A stretch of 64,000 bases of DNA from Macrostomum hystrix (taxonomy: Eukaryota; Animalia; Platyhelminthes), in the NCBI GenBank assembly GCA_950097015.1, contig CATNEN010000026.1, positions 806,001-870,000 on the forward strand, read 5' to 3'. The translations under genes and the position numbers were made by a program. Positions within the stretch are counted from its first letter, which is position 1. Every line of letters begins with the position of its first letter. The notes below the pieces were generated by a model, which worked only from the letters and a program-made list of their open reading frames with translations, did no database searches and was not told the origin of the DNA. Below are positions 34,501 to 46,680 of this stretch, one piece after another.

Positions 34501-37121
34501 AAGCTTCTAGTTTCCGATGGCTTCAGGAATATTTCTTTCGTACATGTCTGGAAGTTTCACAATACTCCAGCTGGCAATGTTTCTTATCAATTGGCTGCTT
34601 TTGAACTTTCGTATTCTTTAGACTGCACCGCTCGCCTTTTCAGAAAACTTTCCTGGAATCCCTTAGAAATATAGGTTCCTTAATTCTATTGCTTAATAAT
34701 TTGTTACAAATTTTGCGCAAAATGTTTTTGTATTTTTCAAAGTCCGACTCTTAGCCTGTTACGAGCCCTTACCAATTAATCAAAGCAATTCACTTTCAGA
34801 GTCAGCCCCTGGGTAATTCTTAATGGTACTATCCCAGACTGGGACACTCTTGATGGTACTATCCCAGACTGGGACACTCTTAATGGTACTATCCCAGACT
34901 GGGACACTCTTGATGGTACTATCCCATACCGGGACACTCTTGATGGTACTATCCCAGACTGGGACACTCTTGATGGTACTATCCCAGACTGGGACACTCT
35001 TGATGGTACTATCCCAGACTGGGACACTCTTGATGGTACTATCCCAGACTGGGACACTCTTGATGGTACTATCCCAGACTGGGACACTCTTGATGGTACT
35101 ATCCCAGACTGGGACACTCTTGATGGTACTATCCCAGACTGGGACACTCTTGATGGTACTATCCCAGACTGGGACACTCTTGATGGTACTATCCCAGACT
35201 GGGACACTCTTGATGGTACTATCCCAGACTGGGACACTCTTGATGGTACTATCCCAGACTGGGACACTCTTGATGGTACTATCCCATACCGGGACACTCT
35301 TGATGGTACTATCCAAAACTGGGACACTCTTGATGGTACTATCCAAGACTGGGACACTCTTGATGGTACTATCCAAGACTGGGACACTCTTGATGGTACT
35401 ATCCAAGACTGGGACACTCTTGATGGTACTATCCAAGACTGGGACACTCTTGATGGTACTATCCCAGACTGGGACACTCTTGATGGTACTATCCCAGACT
35501 GGGACACTCTTGATGGTACTATCCAAGACTGGGACACTCTTGATGGTACTATCCCAGACTGGGACACTCTTGATGGTACTATCCCAGACTGGGACACTCT
35601 TGATGGTACTATCCCAGACTGGGACACTCTTGATGGTACTATCCCAGACTGGGACACTCTTGATGGTACTATACCAGACTGGGACACTCTTGATGGTACT
35701 ATCCAAGACTGGGACACTCATGATGGTACTATCCCAGACTGGAACACTCTTGATGGTACTATCCCAGACTGGGACACTCTTGATGGTACTTGCATTGACA
35801 AGCCTGACGGCTCACCTGAACGCTCTCGTCTCCAGACAGCATCCGCTCGCCCAGCCGACGAAATTTGTCTTCCAAATCGGCCCGCTCCGACTCGCACTGG
35901 TCGAAGCGTCGCTCAGCCTTGCGCAGCTTGAACTGAATCACCCGGTAGCTCTTGTTAGCCGCGTCCAGCTCGCGCTGCAGCTCGCGCACCGTGTTTGCCT
36001 GACTGTCCTCGTCCTGGAACGAGTCGTGCATCTCGCTTAGCTCCTTCTGCAGCTCCTCGACCTCCTCCTTCAGCTGATCGTTCTCCTCCATGAGCTCCTG
36101 GCAGAGATCTTCTAATTCCTGAGCGCGACTCTCTCCCGCGTCTTGCGCTGCAGCAGTTGTCGTGGTTGTCGGCGCCTCCTGATGACTGCTCTGGTCAGAC
36201 TCCGGCAATTTCAAGCGCTCCCTGTAGGTCTTGATCTCCTGCTCGAGCTGGGCAACTCGCTTCTCCAGGCCGGAGATCTTCGCGCGGCAGCTGTCCAGTT
36301 CCGCCTCCAAGTCCTCGATATCGCCCAGCCGCTCCTCCATCTGCGCCTCTAATTGGGTCTTCTCGCGGCACAGCGCCTCGTACTTGTCTTCCATGTCGAA
36401 TAGATCGTTCTCAAGGTCCTCCACGTATTTCTCATCAAAACTGGAACCGCTGACGCCGCTTCCGCCACCGGCGCCATAATTACGGCCAGTGGCAGAGCGG
36501 AGGCTTTCCTTGCTGGCGGAGCGTGACCTGGTCGATCCTCCTGAGCGGATGGACAGGAAATATTTTCGTTCGAAAGTAAAAACAATCTTGCGTCAGGGAG
36601 ATACTACCTTTGCATTTAGAGTTCAGAGGCCAGCCCCCCAGCTCACCCTCATATCCGAAGGTCCTGCCGCCCTCGTCCTTGTAGTCTTTCCTCTTTGACT
36701 CCGGTGTAGTTCTCCGCGAACCCGACGGCGACGAGCTCAATGACTTGCCCGACGGTGTCCGCTCCAGGCCGCTCGACTTGCGCGACGATCTCGGCGACCC
36801 CGACGCGCCGCTGCCCCCGGCGCCGCCACCACCGGTGCCGCTAGCTCCGCCGGACAATTTTCGAAAAGCAGCCGACGGCGGCGACTCGGTGGCAGGTGTT
36901 TGGCCGCCGTTTCCGCCGACGCTAACGCCACCGCTAGCCGAGTGCTGCGACTTCATTCTGAAGCAGTTCTTGCAGACGTTTCTGCGCCACGTCTGCGACT
37001 CGAAACCGGGACACTCCTTGGCGCCGCCCTCTTTGCCGGCCTTTTTACCAACAAGGCCCGTGGCGCTGTGCGGCTGAGTCGAAGACTCATCTGCTTGCTG
37101 CTGCTGCTGGCTACCGGACAT
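25534..37121 (-). CDS. SOGA: SOGA/MTCL-family long coiled-coil protein, ~17 coding exons, ~1980 aa, with an N-terminal Cys3-His motif and a Q/P-rich C-terminus
   Basis: Family signatures ELQRELDAANKSYRVIQFKLRKAERR, LRMAKEVSVRLHDELEFIEEKR and EQLRFSKEEAKILKRKL. Exons: 37121-36647, 36540-35816, 33894-33706, 33303-33229, 33122-32624 (or 32615), 32466-32113, 32031-31809 (or 31824; donor ambiguous), 31724-31559, 31433-31290, 31093-30833, 30705-30534, 28965-28304, 28199-27963, 27627-27163 (GC donor), 27059-26823, 26713-26607, 26482-25534. Phases are consistent throughout. Confidence 0.82.
27708..27905 (-). mobile_element. tRNA-derived SINE copy 4, internally deleted (SOGA intron)
   Basis: Shares GACACTAGACCCGCAGCCAG, GGCTGCGCCCCAAATGAATGTGG and GAGCTCAGGGACC blocks with the other copies; the middle of the body is missing. 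Confidence 0.8.
29334..29546. mobile_element. hAT-type MITE, 213 bp
   Basis: TIRs CAGGGGTCGGCAAA / TTTGCCGACTCCTG (1 mismatch), subterminal CGGCCCGCGGGCC, and a perfect 8-bp TSD GTCTATGG at 29326-29333 and 29547-29554. An 8-bp TSD is characteristic of hAT elements. Confidence 0.9.
33425..33600 (-). mobile_element. tRNA-derived SINE copy 5, truncated (SOGA intron)
   Basis: GGCTGCGCCGCAAATGAATGTGGCCTCGCCGCGGATTCGAGCTCAGGGACC block is nearly identical to the other copies. Confidence 0.8.
34820..35790. repeat. 30-bp minisatellite (TGATGGTACTATCCCAGACTGGGACACTCT)n in SOGA intron 2, ~32 units
   Basis: Read directly; the consensus unit holds the palindrome TCCCAG-A-CTGGGA. Confidence 0.97.
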
Positions 37122-37670
37122 CTTGCCGCTGAAGCTGCTGTCGGCAGAAACTGCCGCCCAGTTGCTTCGCTTCTGTCTGTGCAGCGATTTTTTTATTGTT
37201 TTCAATGCCTCGAGTGAAAACTTGGACGCAGACAGAAAAAAGACAGTTTTCCTTCGGAGAATGAATGCCTTTTCATAGATTGATTAAGACGCGCCAAGAA
37301 ATATACCTGGCCCGCTGTTTGGTCTGGAGGATGGGATGGCTGCGACGGGGTTGTGGAAAATTGGGTTAGAATGTATGAAACCCGGAATGGCGAAAAAAGA
37401 CAGCTTGACGTCTTTTGGGACTAATTTAAGGCGGGGAAGGGCGGAATTTTACCGAATGGGGCTGCATGCGGAGGCTGGGGTGGGTGGCAGCAGTTGGAGA
37501 TGAATTCTTCGGATTGGCTGTAGAAGCACACCTTTAGCACTCCCCTAGTATTGACCTTAAAACCCCATCTAGGGAGACCCAAGGGATTGCTTTCAGCAGC
37601 CAACGGGTGGCAAAGAGCGGCTGCTGTGCAACCACAGTTCGGGACGGTTCGCGATGGAACAATTATAACC

Positions 37671-37717
<47 letters not shown>

Positions 37718-39312
37718 AATGTCAGTTTTTAGGCTTTTTGGCACAGCAGGAAAGTGCAACACCTACTGGGCCTGCTGGTTTGTTCGGGAGTAATATAGGA
37801 TCTGAACGATCAGTCAAGAAAGGATAAGAGAGAAAGGGAGAGAGAGAGTGAGGCGGGTTTGGGAAAAATGGGAACGATCCTGACGCAGCGAAGGGTGAAT
37901 CAGAAACGATGTGATTTGCGTTGTATAGAAACTCCCTTCCTTAGGATTATTGATTTGCGCGTGTGGCGACTGCCCCTCGGATTCTGGGTTTAACCCTACG
38001 CTCTCTCCAGTACTTGTCTATGCCGAATGCTGGTCAGTCCCGGCCTCCAAGCAAATGCAGTTAGATGTATATAGAGAAGTAGAAATCGAAATTACATCGA
38101 ACCTTCTTGGGCCGCGTGTACAGCCAATAGCGCAGCCGCAGCCATTGCGCGTCTCTTTTAAAGGCTACTTGTACAGCTGTTCAGTCCATGGACTGGGGGC
38201 CTACACACCCACCCAAATGTCTACCCCCAGCTGATGCTGGCACCCATTTCTCAGCGGGATGAAGTGAGGTAATAGAAAACCAATCGTCTTGCTTGGAGAC
38301 ATATACTTCAAAATTCAATCCACACCTAAATTTTATGCACGAGTTTTATCTTGATGATGGCTATATCGACACCATTTTTAGGTATTAGGTAGTGACGATA
38401 TTTTATATCAAATATTTTAATAATATTTTTAAGATGTGCATTAAGAACTTCGCTTGAAACTACAAGTAAATCAGCTAAAAGTGAAATGGAGGCTGGGTGG
38501 AACCGGATGGGGTTGTATCCAAGGGTATGAGGGTTGGGTGCAGGTAAAAAACTGTGTACACCCGGATCGAGCTGAACACGCTAAACCCCAAGACTGGAGC
38601 TTGCATGGGAAAGTTGAAAACTAGGGATTACTAATCCATTAGACCTACAATTGAGCGCGTGTCACACTAATAGTTTTACTCGTAACGATTTTTGCAGTAA
38701 ATATTTGTGTCACGTTTAAGACTCACCTATGACGAAACGTCCAGTTCAGAGTGTCTTTTTGTCGCTGGAGGAAAAAACAAAAAGAAAAAAAAGAAAAAAA
38801 GATTTCAATGCGACCTCCTTAGAGATAACTCTTTCTCTACGCTAAAAAGTAGTTTTTTTAAACTGTAAATTTGTGATAAAATCTAAAACGAATACTGAAA
38901 CGTGATGCAACGAAAGAGAAGTGCTGGGAGAAAGAGATCCTACAGGTGGTGCTGCAAGTGGCCGGAGGTAGCGGTGCTTTTGACCCGGATTATATTGTGC
39001 GGCTATGCGGACAATCTTACTAGGTAGCAGCCAACAAACTGAACGTTCTCTCTGTCCTCTCTCTCTCTCAACTCGCCCTCTTCCCACAACCTACGTTCGC
39101 TGCCCCGATTCCTTTTCTTCCCATTCTTCCCCTCTGTCTCTATACATTTCGAAGCCCGGGCATTGCTTTACTTGCTAATGCACACGTAGTGACAGAGGTA
39201 ATCTCAGTGCTCGATTCACTTGTTTGACTGTTGAATTTTTCTCAAGCGAATTGGGCGAGCAAACTATATTTAAAAACATCTTACAGCATTGCTGACGATG
39301 TAAAACTTAAGT

Positions 39313-40590
39313 AGAATGGAATACAATGAAATGGAATGGAATGGAATGGAATGAAATGGAATGGAATGGAATGGAATGGAATGGAATGGAATGGATTGGA
39401 ATGGAATGGAATGGAATGGAATGGAATAAGATGGAATGGAATGGAATGGAATGGAAAGAAATGGAATGGAATGGAATGGAATAAGATGGAATGGAATGGA
39501 ATGGAATAAGATGGAATGGAATAAGATGGAATGGAATAGAATGGAATAAGATGGAATGGAATAGAATGGAATGGAATAAGATGGAATGGAATAAGATGGA
39601 ATGGAATAGAATGGAATATGATGGAATGGAGTGGAATGAGATTTAATGGAATGGAAGGGAGTGGAATGAGATTTAATGGAATGGAATGGAATAAGATGGA
39701 ATGGAATAGAATGGAATGGAATAAGATGGAATGGAATAAAATGGAATGGAATAGAATGGAATAAGATGGAATGGAGTGGAATGAGATTTAATGGAATGGA
39801 AGGGAGTGGAATGAGATTTAATGGAATGGAATGGAATAAGATGGAATGGAGTGGAATGGAATAAGATGGAATGGAATAGAATGGAATAAGATGGAATGGA
39901 ATAGAATGGAATAAGATGGAATGGAGTGGAATGAGATTTAATGGAATGGAATGGAGTGGAATGAGATTTAATGGAATGGAATGGAGTGGAATGAGATTTA
40001 ATGGAATGGAATGGAATAAGATGGAATGGAGTGGAATGGAATAGAATGGAATAAGATGGAATGGAATGGAATGGAATGGAAAGAAATGGAATGGAATGGA
40101 ATGGAATAAGATGGAATGGAATAAATGATTGAATGATTGAATATAATGATTTGTTTAGAATAGATACATTTTTTACAACTAACGAACATAAGAGAAAATT
40201 AAGGGAAAGAAGTTAAAGAAAAATAAGTATAGATAAGAAGATAAGATGGAATGGAATGGAATGGAATGGAATGGAATGGAATGGAATGGAATGGAGTGGA
40301 ATGGAATAGAATGGAATAAGATGGAATGGAATGAAATCGAATGGAATAGAATGGAATAAGATGGAATGGAATGGAATGGAATGGAATGGAATGGAATGGA
40401 ATGGAATGGAATGGAGTGGAATGGAATAGAATGGAATAAGATGGAATGGAATGAAATCGAATGGAATAGAATGGAATAAGATGGAATGGAATGGAATGGA
40501 ATGGAATGGAATGGAATGGAATGGAATGGAATGGAATGGAATGGAATGGAATGGAATGGAATGGAATGGGATATTATAGAATGGAATGAA
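39313..40590. repeat. (GGAAT)n pentamer satellite in two blocks, interrupted by a 107-bp unique insert
   Basis: Read directly; variants include GGAATAAGAT and GGAGTGGAATGAGATTTAAT. Confidence 0.95.
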
Positions 40591-41928
40591 CTAAAATAGG
40601 GAAATGTGTCGTTTTTAATAACAAAATGTAAATTAGGTGATTTGGCATCAACACTCCAATGTGACGGACTAAGTCATTCAGGCGTTCCCTAATTTACTAC
40701 TGTTAGTATTCGTGATTGAATATAATGATTTGTTTAGAATAGATACATTTTTTACAACTAACGAACATAAGAGAAAATTAAGGGAAAGAAGTTAAAGAAA
40801 AATAAGTATAGATAAGAAGCTCAGGCTTGGTCCAAACATCAGCAAGCCCCTTAATTCCCTAGTCCTTTAATTCCAGCATTGAGAACCACCCAGCTGAGAA
40901 ATAGATGCCAGTATTAGCTGGGGTAGACATTTTGGTGCGTGTGTTAGCCTCATCCCAGTCCGCGGACTGAACAGCTGTACACAGCATTTAGAATTTTCTT
41001 TTGTACAGCACAACTTTTCTATAGATATCAAATCGAATTATTTTTAAATCCAGTCCACTGTACAATGTTTAGCGCCACAGAGACTAGACCGATATATGCT
41101 AGTCAAAAAAATACAAACAGAACAAATTTCATTAATTTATTATGCAGCTCTCACGCGGAGTCCAATTCCCTCGCGAGGCGTGTCCCCAACCGCCAGACTC
41201 AAATCCTGTCTCCGCATTACCCAATGCTGCATTCGAGAACGTATCTAATCCTCTATCACTACTATGCACGCATACTTCTTTTCCTCATACCCCCTAACCA
41301 TCCTCAGCCAATAGGGCAAGGACCCGCCCAGTCCGACCCTAGACTGCACCCACCGGCGACCTGCCGACAACCCCTCCTCTACTAAGTGCATTTGGAAAAG
41401 CCAAAAACTCCACGAGACCAGAACTGGCTGAGCCCCCCACCCCGGCCCTCCCGCGCTCTCAACTCCCCTCAACTCCTCCTACACCCCGTAAGGCCTCTGT
41501 AGCCATTCTGGGATATCTGGGATATATAGGGAACGAACTAGAGACGAGAGAGGGGGGGCAGAAAACAGGAGTGGAGAGAGAGACATACAAACAGAGCGGA
41601 AAGGACTGCGCAGTCAAAGCCAGACGTTCCGAGGCATCTAAAATACACCCCATAGCTCCCCTCCGCCACCCCAGCTAAGATTCGAGTGGAGGGACTAAAG
41701 TCCATGTGCGTGTGTGTGCGTGTGTGTGCCAACCCGACCAACAGCCTGCTTCCCATTGGGCTGAGGGGCCTATCAGCGACATCGAGAAAACAAGGCCAGA
41801 GAGAGAGTGAGAGTGAGAGTGAGAGGAATAAATAATAAGGCTGGAATTGGCTGCCGGGCATTCATCTCGGCGCATCAGATCTGGCCGCATTCAACAGACC
41901 AGCAGACTGACAAAAACAGCATAGCCGG

Positions 41929-44900
41929 ATGAATTCGAACGGCTTCAACTTGTTTAATCAGAGCCCGGCTTCGTTGTCCATGCTGCACAACATGCAGGGC
42001 TACGCTGCCGCAGCTGCCGCCGCAGCCGCCGCTGCCAAAATGCGCCCGAATCCAAATTTGGGAGCCTACTATATGCAAGCACCCGGACATCACATTCAGC
42101 AGCAGCATCATCAGCATCATCAGCAACAGCAGCATCAGCACCAGCACCAGCATAATCATCAACAGTACCAGCAGCAGCAGCATCAGCTTCAGGTGCAGCA
42201 GCGACATCATCACCATCATCACCAACAGCACCATCAGCAGCATCATCATCATCCTCCGCCGCCTCCGCAGTCATTGAAACTAGCGGGTCGAGCTTTTCCG
42301 TCGGCTGCCGTGCAAGCCGTGCGACCTCCGCCGCCGCCGCCGCCTCCGCCTCCGCCTCCGCCGCAGGCACTGGCACTTCCGCCGCCGCCACCGCCGCCGC
42401 CGCCACCGCCACCACCTCGACCAACTATTGAAGTTGGCGAATTTGTCGAGACCATGCTCGAAAACAAATCAATCTACGCTTTCAACGTTGGCGGTGAGAA
42501 GCGCCTCTGCTTGCCGCAGGTGCTTAACAATGTCCTGATTCGACCGGGCGTCACACTGGACGACATTAACCGAGTCTGCGAGGAGCTCAACATCATCTGC
42601 CAGCGGTGCACGGGTGAGCAGATGAGCCTGCTGCAGGAGCGGCGCATCTTCGGGCCGAACCTTGAGAACTGTGGCCTCATCACCAAGTCGGACGCTGAGC
42701 GGCTCTGCAAGTGGCTGCTGCTGAACAGCTCGGATCTGCCTCGCTACCGAGGCTCGCTCACTGGCCTAGACGGAGTCTGCGTCTATCACAGGTGCTTCGG
42801 CAAGCAGCGCGGCTTCCTCATACCCAGATTGTACACCTGTCCCGAGGCGCCCTGCATCGTCTGCTCAGGCTGCTCCGGCCTGCTGTCGCCAGCCCAGTTC
42901 GTCGGCCACGTCCACATCAGGCCGGAGCGAGAGACCTGCCACTGGGGCTTCGACTCGACCAGGTGGCGGCTGTACCTCATGCTAGACAGGCGCCTCGCCG
43001 AGTCAGACGCTGCTAGTCAAGAACGCACCCTCGAGGCTGTCAAAGCGCGATTCGAAGCTCGCAAACGGCCAGGCCACATGCTGGTGAGAGTTGGCACTTT
43101 TTATAATCTGGCTTAATCTAATTTTAGTAGCTCAGTTATTTCCCCCCTGAGGGTTAGTGGTAGTGTGGTCTAACGCGTTTGCCTCTCGCACCATCGTCCC
43201 TGAGCTCGATTCCGCGGCGAGGCGTCACATTTATTTGGGGCGCAGCCGCAGAGAGAAGGCTTGGGGGCTTGTCGAGCAAAATACGCCAACCTTGAGGGCC
43301 AACCTTCAAAGTACAGTGTGAGTGTACACTGCCTGACGATGAGAAACGTGTGCGAGTTTAGGCTCGCGTACAGTATATGTACGTCTGCTCTGCCACACAG
43401 CCACAAAACATCGTTAACTCTCAAATTAACTCTCAAACTCTCAATATAGCAGAGCTTCAGCAAAGGGAACGGCTTTGGCCAGGATTTGGAATCCAAGCGA
43501 CACAAACTTCCGCTGCCACCGCCGCCGCCGCCGCCACCACCACCGCCACCACCGCCGCCGCCGCCAGCAGTCGCAGTCAGCTCAGCAACTTCAACGGTAT
43601 TCAATGGTAGAGGATGCCATGAGAATGGCTTATCATTAGCATGTGCAGCTACAAACCAGTCCACGTGAGTTCCTATTTGAAATTGAATAAATCTTCACAG
43701 CCAAAGAAGTTTGTGAAATTATATATTTGCAGAGTTTTCTCAAAACAAAACATTGGCCGTTTTAGAAGCGATTTCTTGCCGGAAGACGAAGACAAACCTT
43801 CGATCATGTTGAGCCCGGACAGCCTGCCGCAGGAGCAGAAGCCGCAGCAGCACAGCGAGTTCGCGCCAAACATTCGCCTGCACCAGCAGCCAGCTGCGCT
43901 GACGACCATGACGTCACAGCCAAAGTCGGAGGCGACCGCCTATCATGACCTGAAGCAGGACAAAGCAGCCAGCCCGATGACAATCGAAGGTGAGGAACCA
44001 ACAATCAGGTCATTTGAATGAAATCCTCAAACTCTCAACTGCCCTGTCACTCCGTGCACTCTCGTCTGCTCTGTCACTCCGTGCACTCTCGTCTGCTCTG
44101 TCACTCCGTGCACTCTCGTCTGCTCTGTCACTCCGTGCACTCTCGTCTCTTCAGTCACTCCGTGCACTCTCGTCTCCCCTGTCACTCCGTGCACTCTCGT
44201 CTCTTCAGTCACTCCGTGCACTCTCGTCTCCCCTGTCACTCCGTGCACTCTCGTCTCTTCAGTCACTCCGTGCACTCTCGTCTCCCCTGTCACTCCGTGC
44301 ACTCTCGTCTCTTCTGTCACACTGCGCCCCCCCCCAAATTCATTCGAGAAAGAAAATAATAAATCCGGAAATTTCCTGTCGTCAATTCGAATGTAGCAGA
44401 TTATAGTCACAGCCTAGCTTGTCGACCAGATTGCAAAGTATTAGGCCTTTGTTATTTCGATTCACTCGGGTCTGAACCGAGACGCACACAAGCAGGAATC
44501 GATACCTTGTTGTCTACTCTCTCATTCATTTCTCTCGTTTGAAATTCTCATGCAGTCAAAGTCGGATGCGAATCGAAAAAAAATGCGTTTTAACGCAAAC
44601 ATTTCGCCACAAAGAAAATAGCAAAGCAAAACAGAATTGACTCACCTTGAAATTGGGGTTTCTGTTTTCTTGGCTTAATCGCTACATTTCGCTCGCTCCC
44701 TGTCTCTCTCTTTGCTTCCATAAAAAAAATAACAACTAAATAAAAATATGGATCTGCAACGCTCAAACCCGTAAGCGAGCTGTACGTCGTTTTCCGGATC
44801 GGAAATGCGCTGCGCCTCGCCCCCACCCCTGACCTTGTCTCCAGGCATGCACAGAATTAGCCTGAATGTTTTCAGAGTCGTACCGTGATTAATTTGCGAG

Positions 44901-46009
44901 TGAATGGATTTCCGCTTGCCTTTTTTAACACCTTGGCATTCTTCTTTTTGGATTTATGCATGCATGATTCTGGGATTGACTCTGGGATTGACTCTGGATT
45001 GACTCTGGATTGACTCTGGATTGACTCTTGATTGACTCTGGGATTGATTCTAGGATTGATTCTGGGATTGATTCTAGGATTTGATTCTAGGAATGATTCT
45101 AGGATTTGATTCTAGGATTTGATTCTGGGATTGACTCTGGATTGACTCTGGGATTGATTCTGGGATTGATTCTGGGATTGATTCTGGGATTGATTCTAAG
45201 ATTTGATTCTAGGATTTGATTCTAGGAATGATTCTAGGATTTGATTCTAGGAATGATTCTAGGATTTGATTCTGGGATTGACTCTGGATTGACTCTGGGA
45301 TTGATTCTGGGATTGATTCTGGGATTGATTCTGGGATTGATTCTAAGATTTGATTCTAGGATTTGATTCTAGGAATGATTCTAGGATTTGATTCTAGGAA
45401 TGATTCTAGGATTTGATTCTAGGATTTGATTCTAGGAATGATTCTAGGATTTGATTCTAGGATTTGATTCTGGGATTGACTCTGGATTGACTCTGGGATT
45501 GATTCTGTATTGATTCTAAGATTGATTCTGGGATTGATTTCGGCTGCAAACATGACCAGCGAACTGAATGCAAACATTTCTCCACAGAGTCCATCGCCTC
45601 AGACTGGGAGTCGCTGACTGACTGGGGCGAGGGTCATCTGCCGGAAAAGGCGACTCCGCAGTTCCTGGCGATGGTGGAAAAGGTGAAGTCGGGCTACCAG
45701 GCCCGCATCGACAGCCTTCGTCTTGTCATCGACCAGCTGACAGACCGCTGCTCCAGAGCTGAGGTTGATCAGCGCGAGCTAATTAAACTTCGACGCCAGG
45801 TTGAGGAGCTCCGGTCTCCGGATGTTCGCCGATTGAAGGCCAAGTACGCAGCCCAGAAGGAGGAGCTGGAGCGGCTGCGCGCGTCGCTTAAACCTGGCGA
45901 AGCCAAACAGGCTGAAGACGATGAGGAAGAGGAGCCGCCGGCGCTGGAGCTGCAGTGCGGCGCGAACTCGTCGGCTTCGGGCTGCTCGAACGGGCAGGTT
46001 CAGCACTGA
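41929..46009 (+). CDS. SKI: SKI/SnoN-family transcriptional co-repressor; exons 41929-43083, 43450-43664, 43733-43989, 45588-46009; 682 aa
   Basis: Ski/Sno (Dachshund-homology) domain ETMLENKSIYAFNVGGEKRLCLPQVLN...CGLITKSDAERLC; SAND-like c-SKI SMAD4-binding domain VYHRCFGKQRG..PRLY..CIVC..C..FVGHVH..TCHWGFDSTRWRLY; C-terminal coiled coil. Introns are GT-AG with consistent phases, total 2049 nt. Confidence 0.92.
43152..43445 (+). mobile_element. tRNA-derived SINE copy 6 (SKI intron 1, sense)
   Basis: Head GGTTAGTGGTAGTGTGGTCTAACGCG...GAGCTCGATTCCG; body matches the reverse complement of copies 1-5; ends in an (AACTCTCA)-like tail. Confidence 0.85.
44040..44322. repeat. 27-bp minisatellite (CTGTCACTCCGTGCACTCTCGTCTGCT)n in SKI intron 3, ~10 units
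   Basis: Read directly. Confidence 0.93.
44965..45540. repeat. 11-13-bp GATTCTAGGATTT/GATTCTGGGATT/GACTCTGGATT repeat array (SKI intron 3)
   Basis: Read directly. Confidence 0.92.
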
Positions 46010-46194
46010 AGGCCCATCTCATCTATACATAATGCCACATTGAATTTTTATCCCAATGCACACTCAGGCGCACATTTGGCAACTCAAAATGCAGCACAGT
46101 TTTTTTAGCACTAAGGGACACTGGATAAATACAAATGGAACACTTCTGCTCATAAATGGAAACCAAATCTTAATATGAGATTTATGTACTCTTG

Positions 46195-46680
46195 ACACAT
46201 TCATAGACACATTCTTAGAAACATTCATAGAAACATTCTGAGAAATATTCATTGACATTCTTAGAAACATTCTAAGAAATATTCATAGACATTCTTAGAA
46301 ATATTCATTGAAATGTTCATTGACACATTCTTAGAAACATTTATTGAAACATTCTTAGAAACATTCTGAGAAATATTCATTGACACATTCTTAGAAACAT
46401 TCTTAGAAACATTGATTGACGCATTCTTAGAAACATTCTTAGAAACATTGATTGACGCATTCTTAGAAACATTCTTAGAAACATTCTTAGACAAATTTCA
46501 CACAAATTGTTAGACACATTTCAGACACATCGTTAGAACCATTTAAGAACCATTTTATCAATCTCGTACTTTGTTAGACATATCTCATACAAGTTTTTAG
46601 ATAGATTTCAGACACATTCTTAAACACGCTTTATAGACACTTTTAGCCACATTTGAGACATTTTCAGACACATCATAGAT
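46195..46680. repeat. Degenerate 12-bp (AGAAACATTCTT)n array downstream of the SKI stop codon
   Basis: Read directly. Confidence 0.88.

Noticed and set aside
34820-35790. CRISPR-like 30-bp palindromic repeat
   Set aside because: Units are contiguous with no unique spacers, there are no cas genes, and the context is a eukaryotic intron.
34776-36040. 313-405-aa repetitive ORFs on both strands
   Set aside because: Translations of the 30-bp array in SOGA intron 2.
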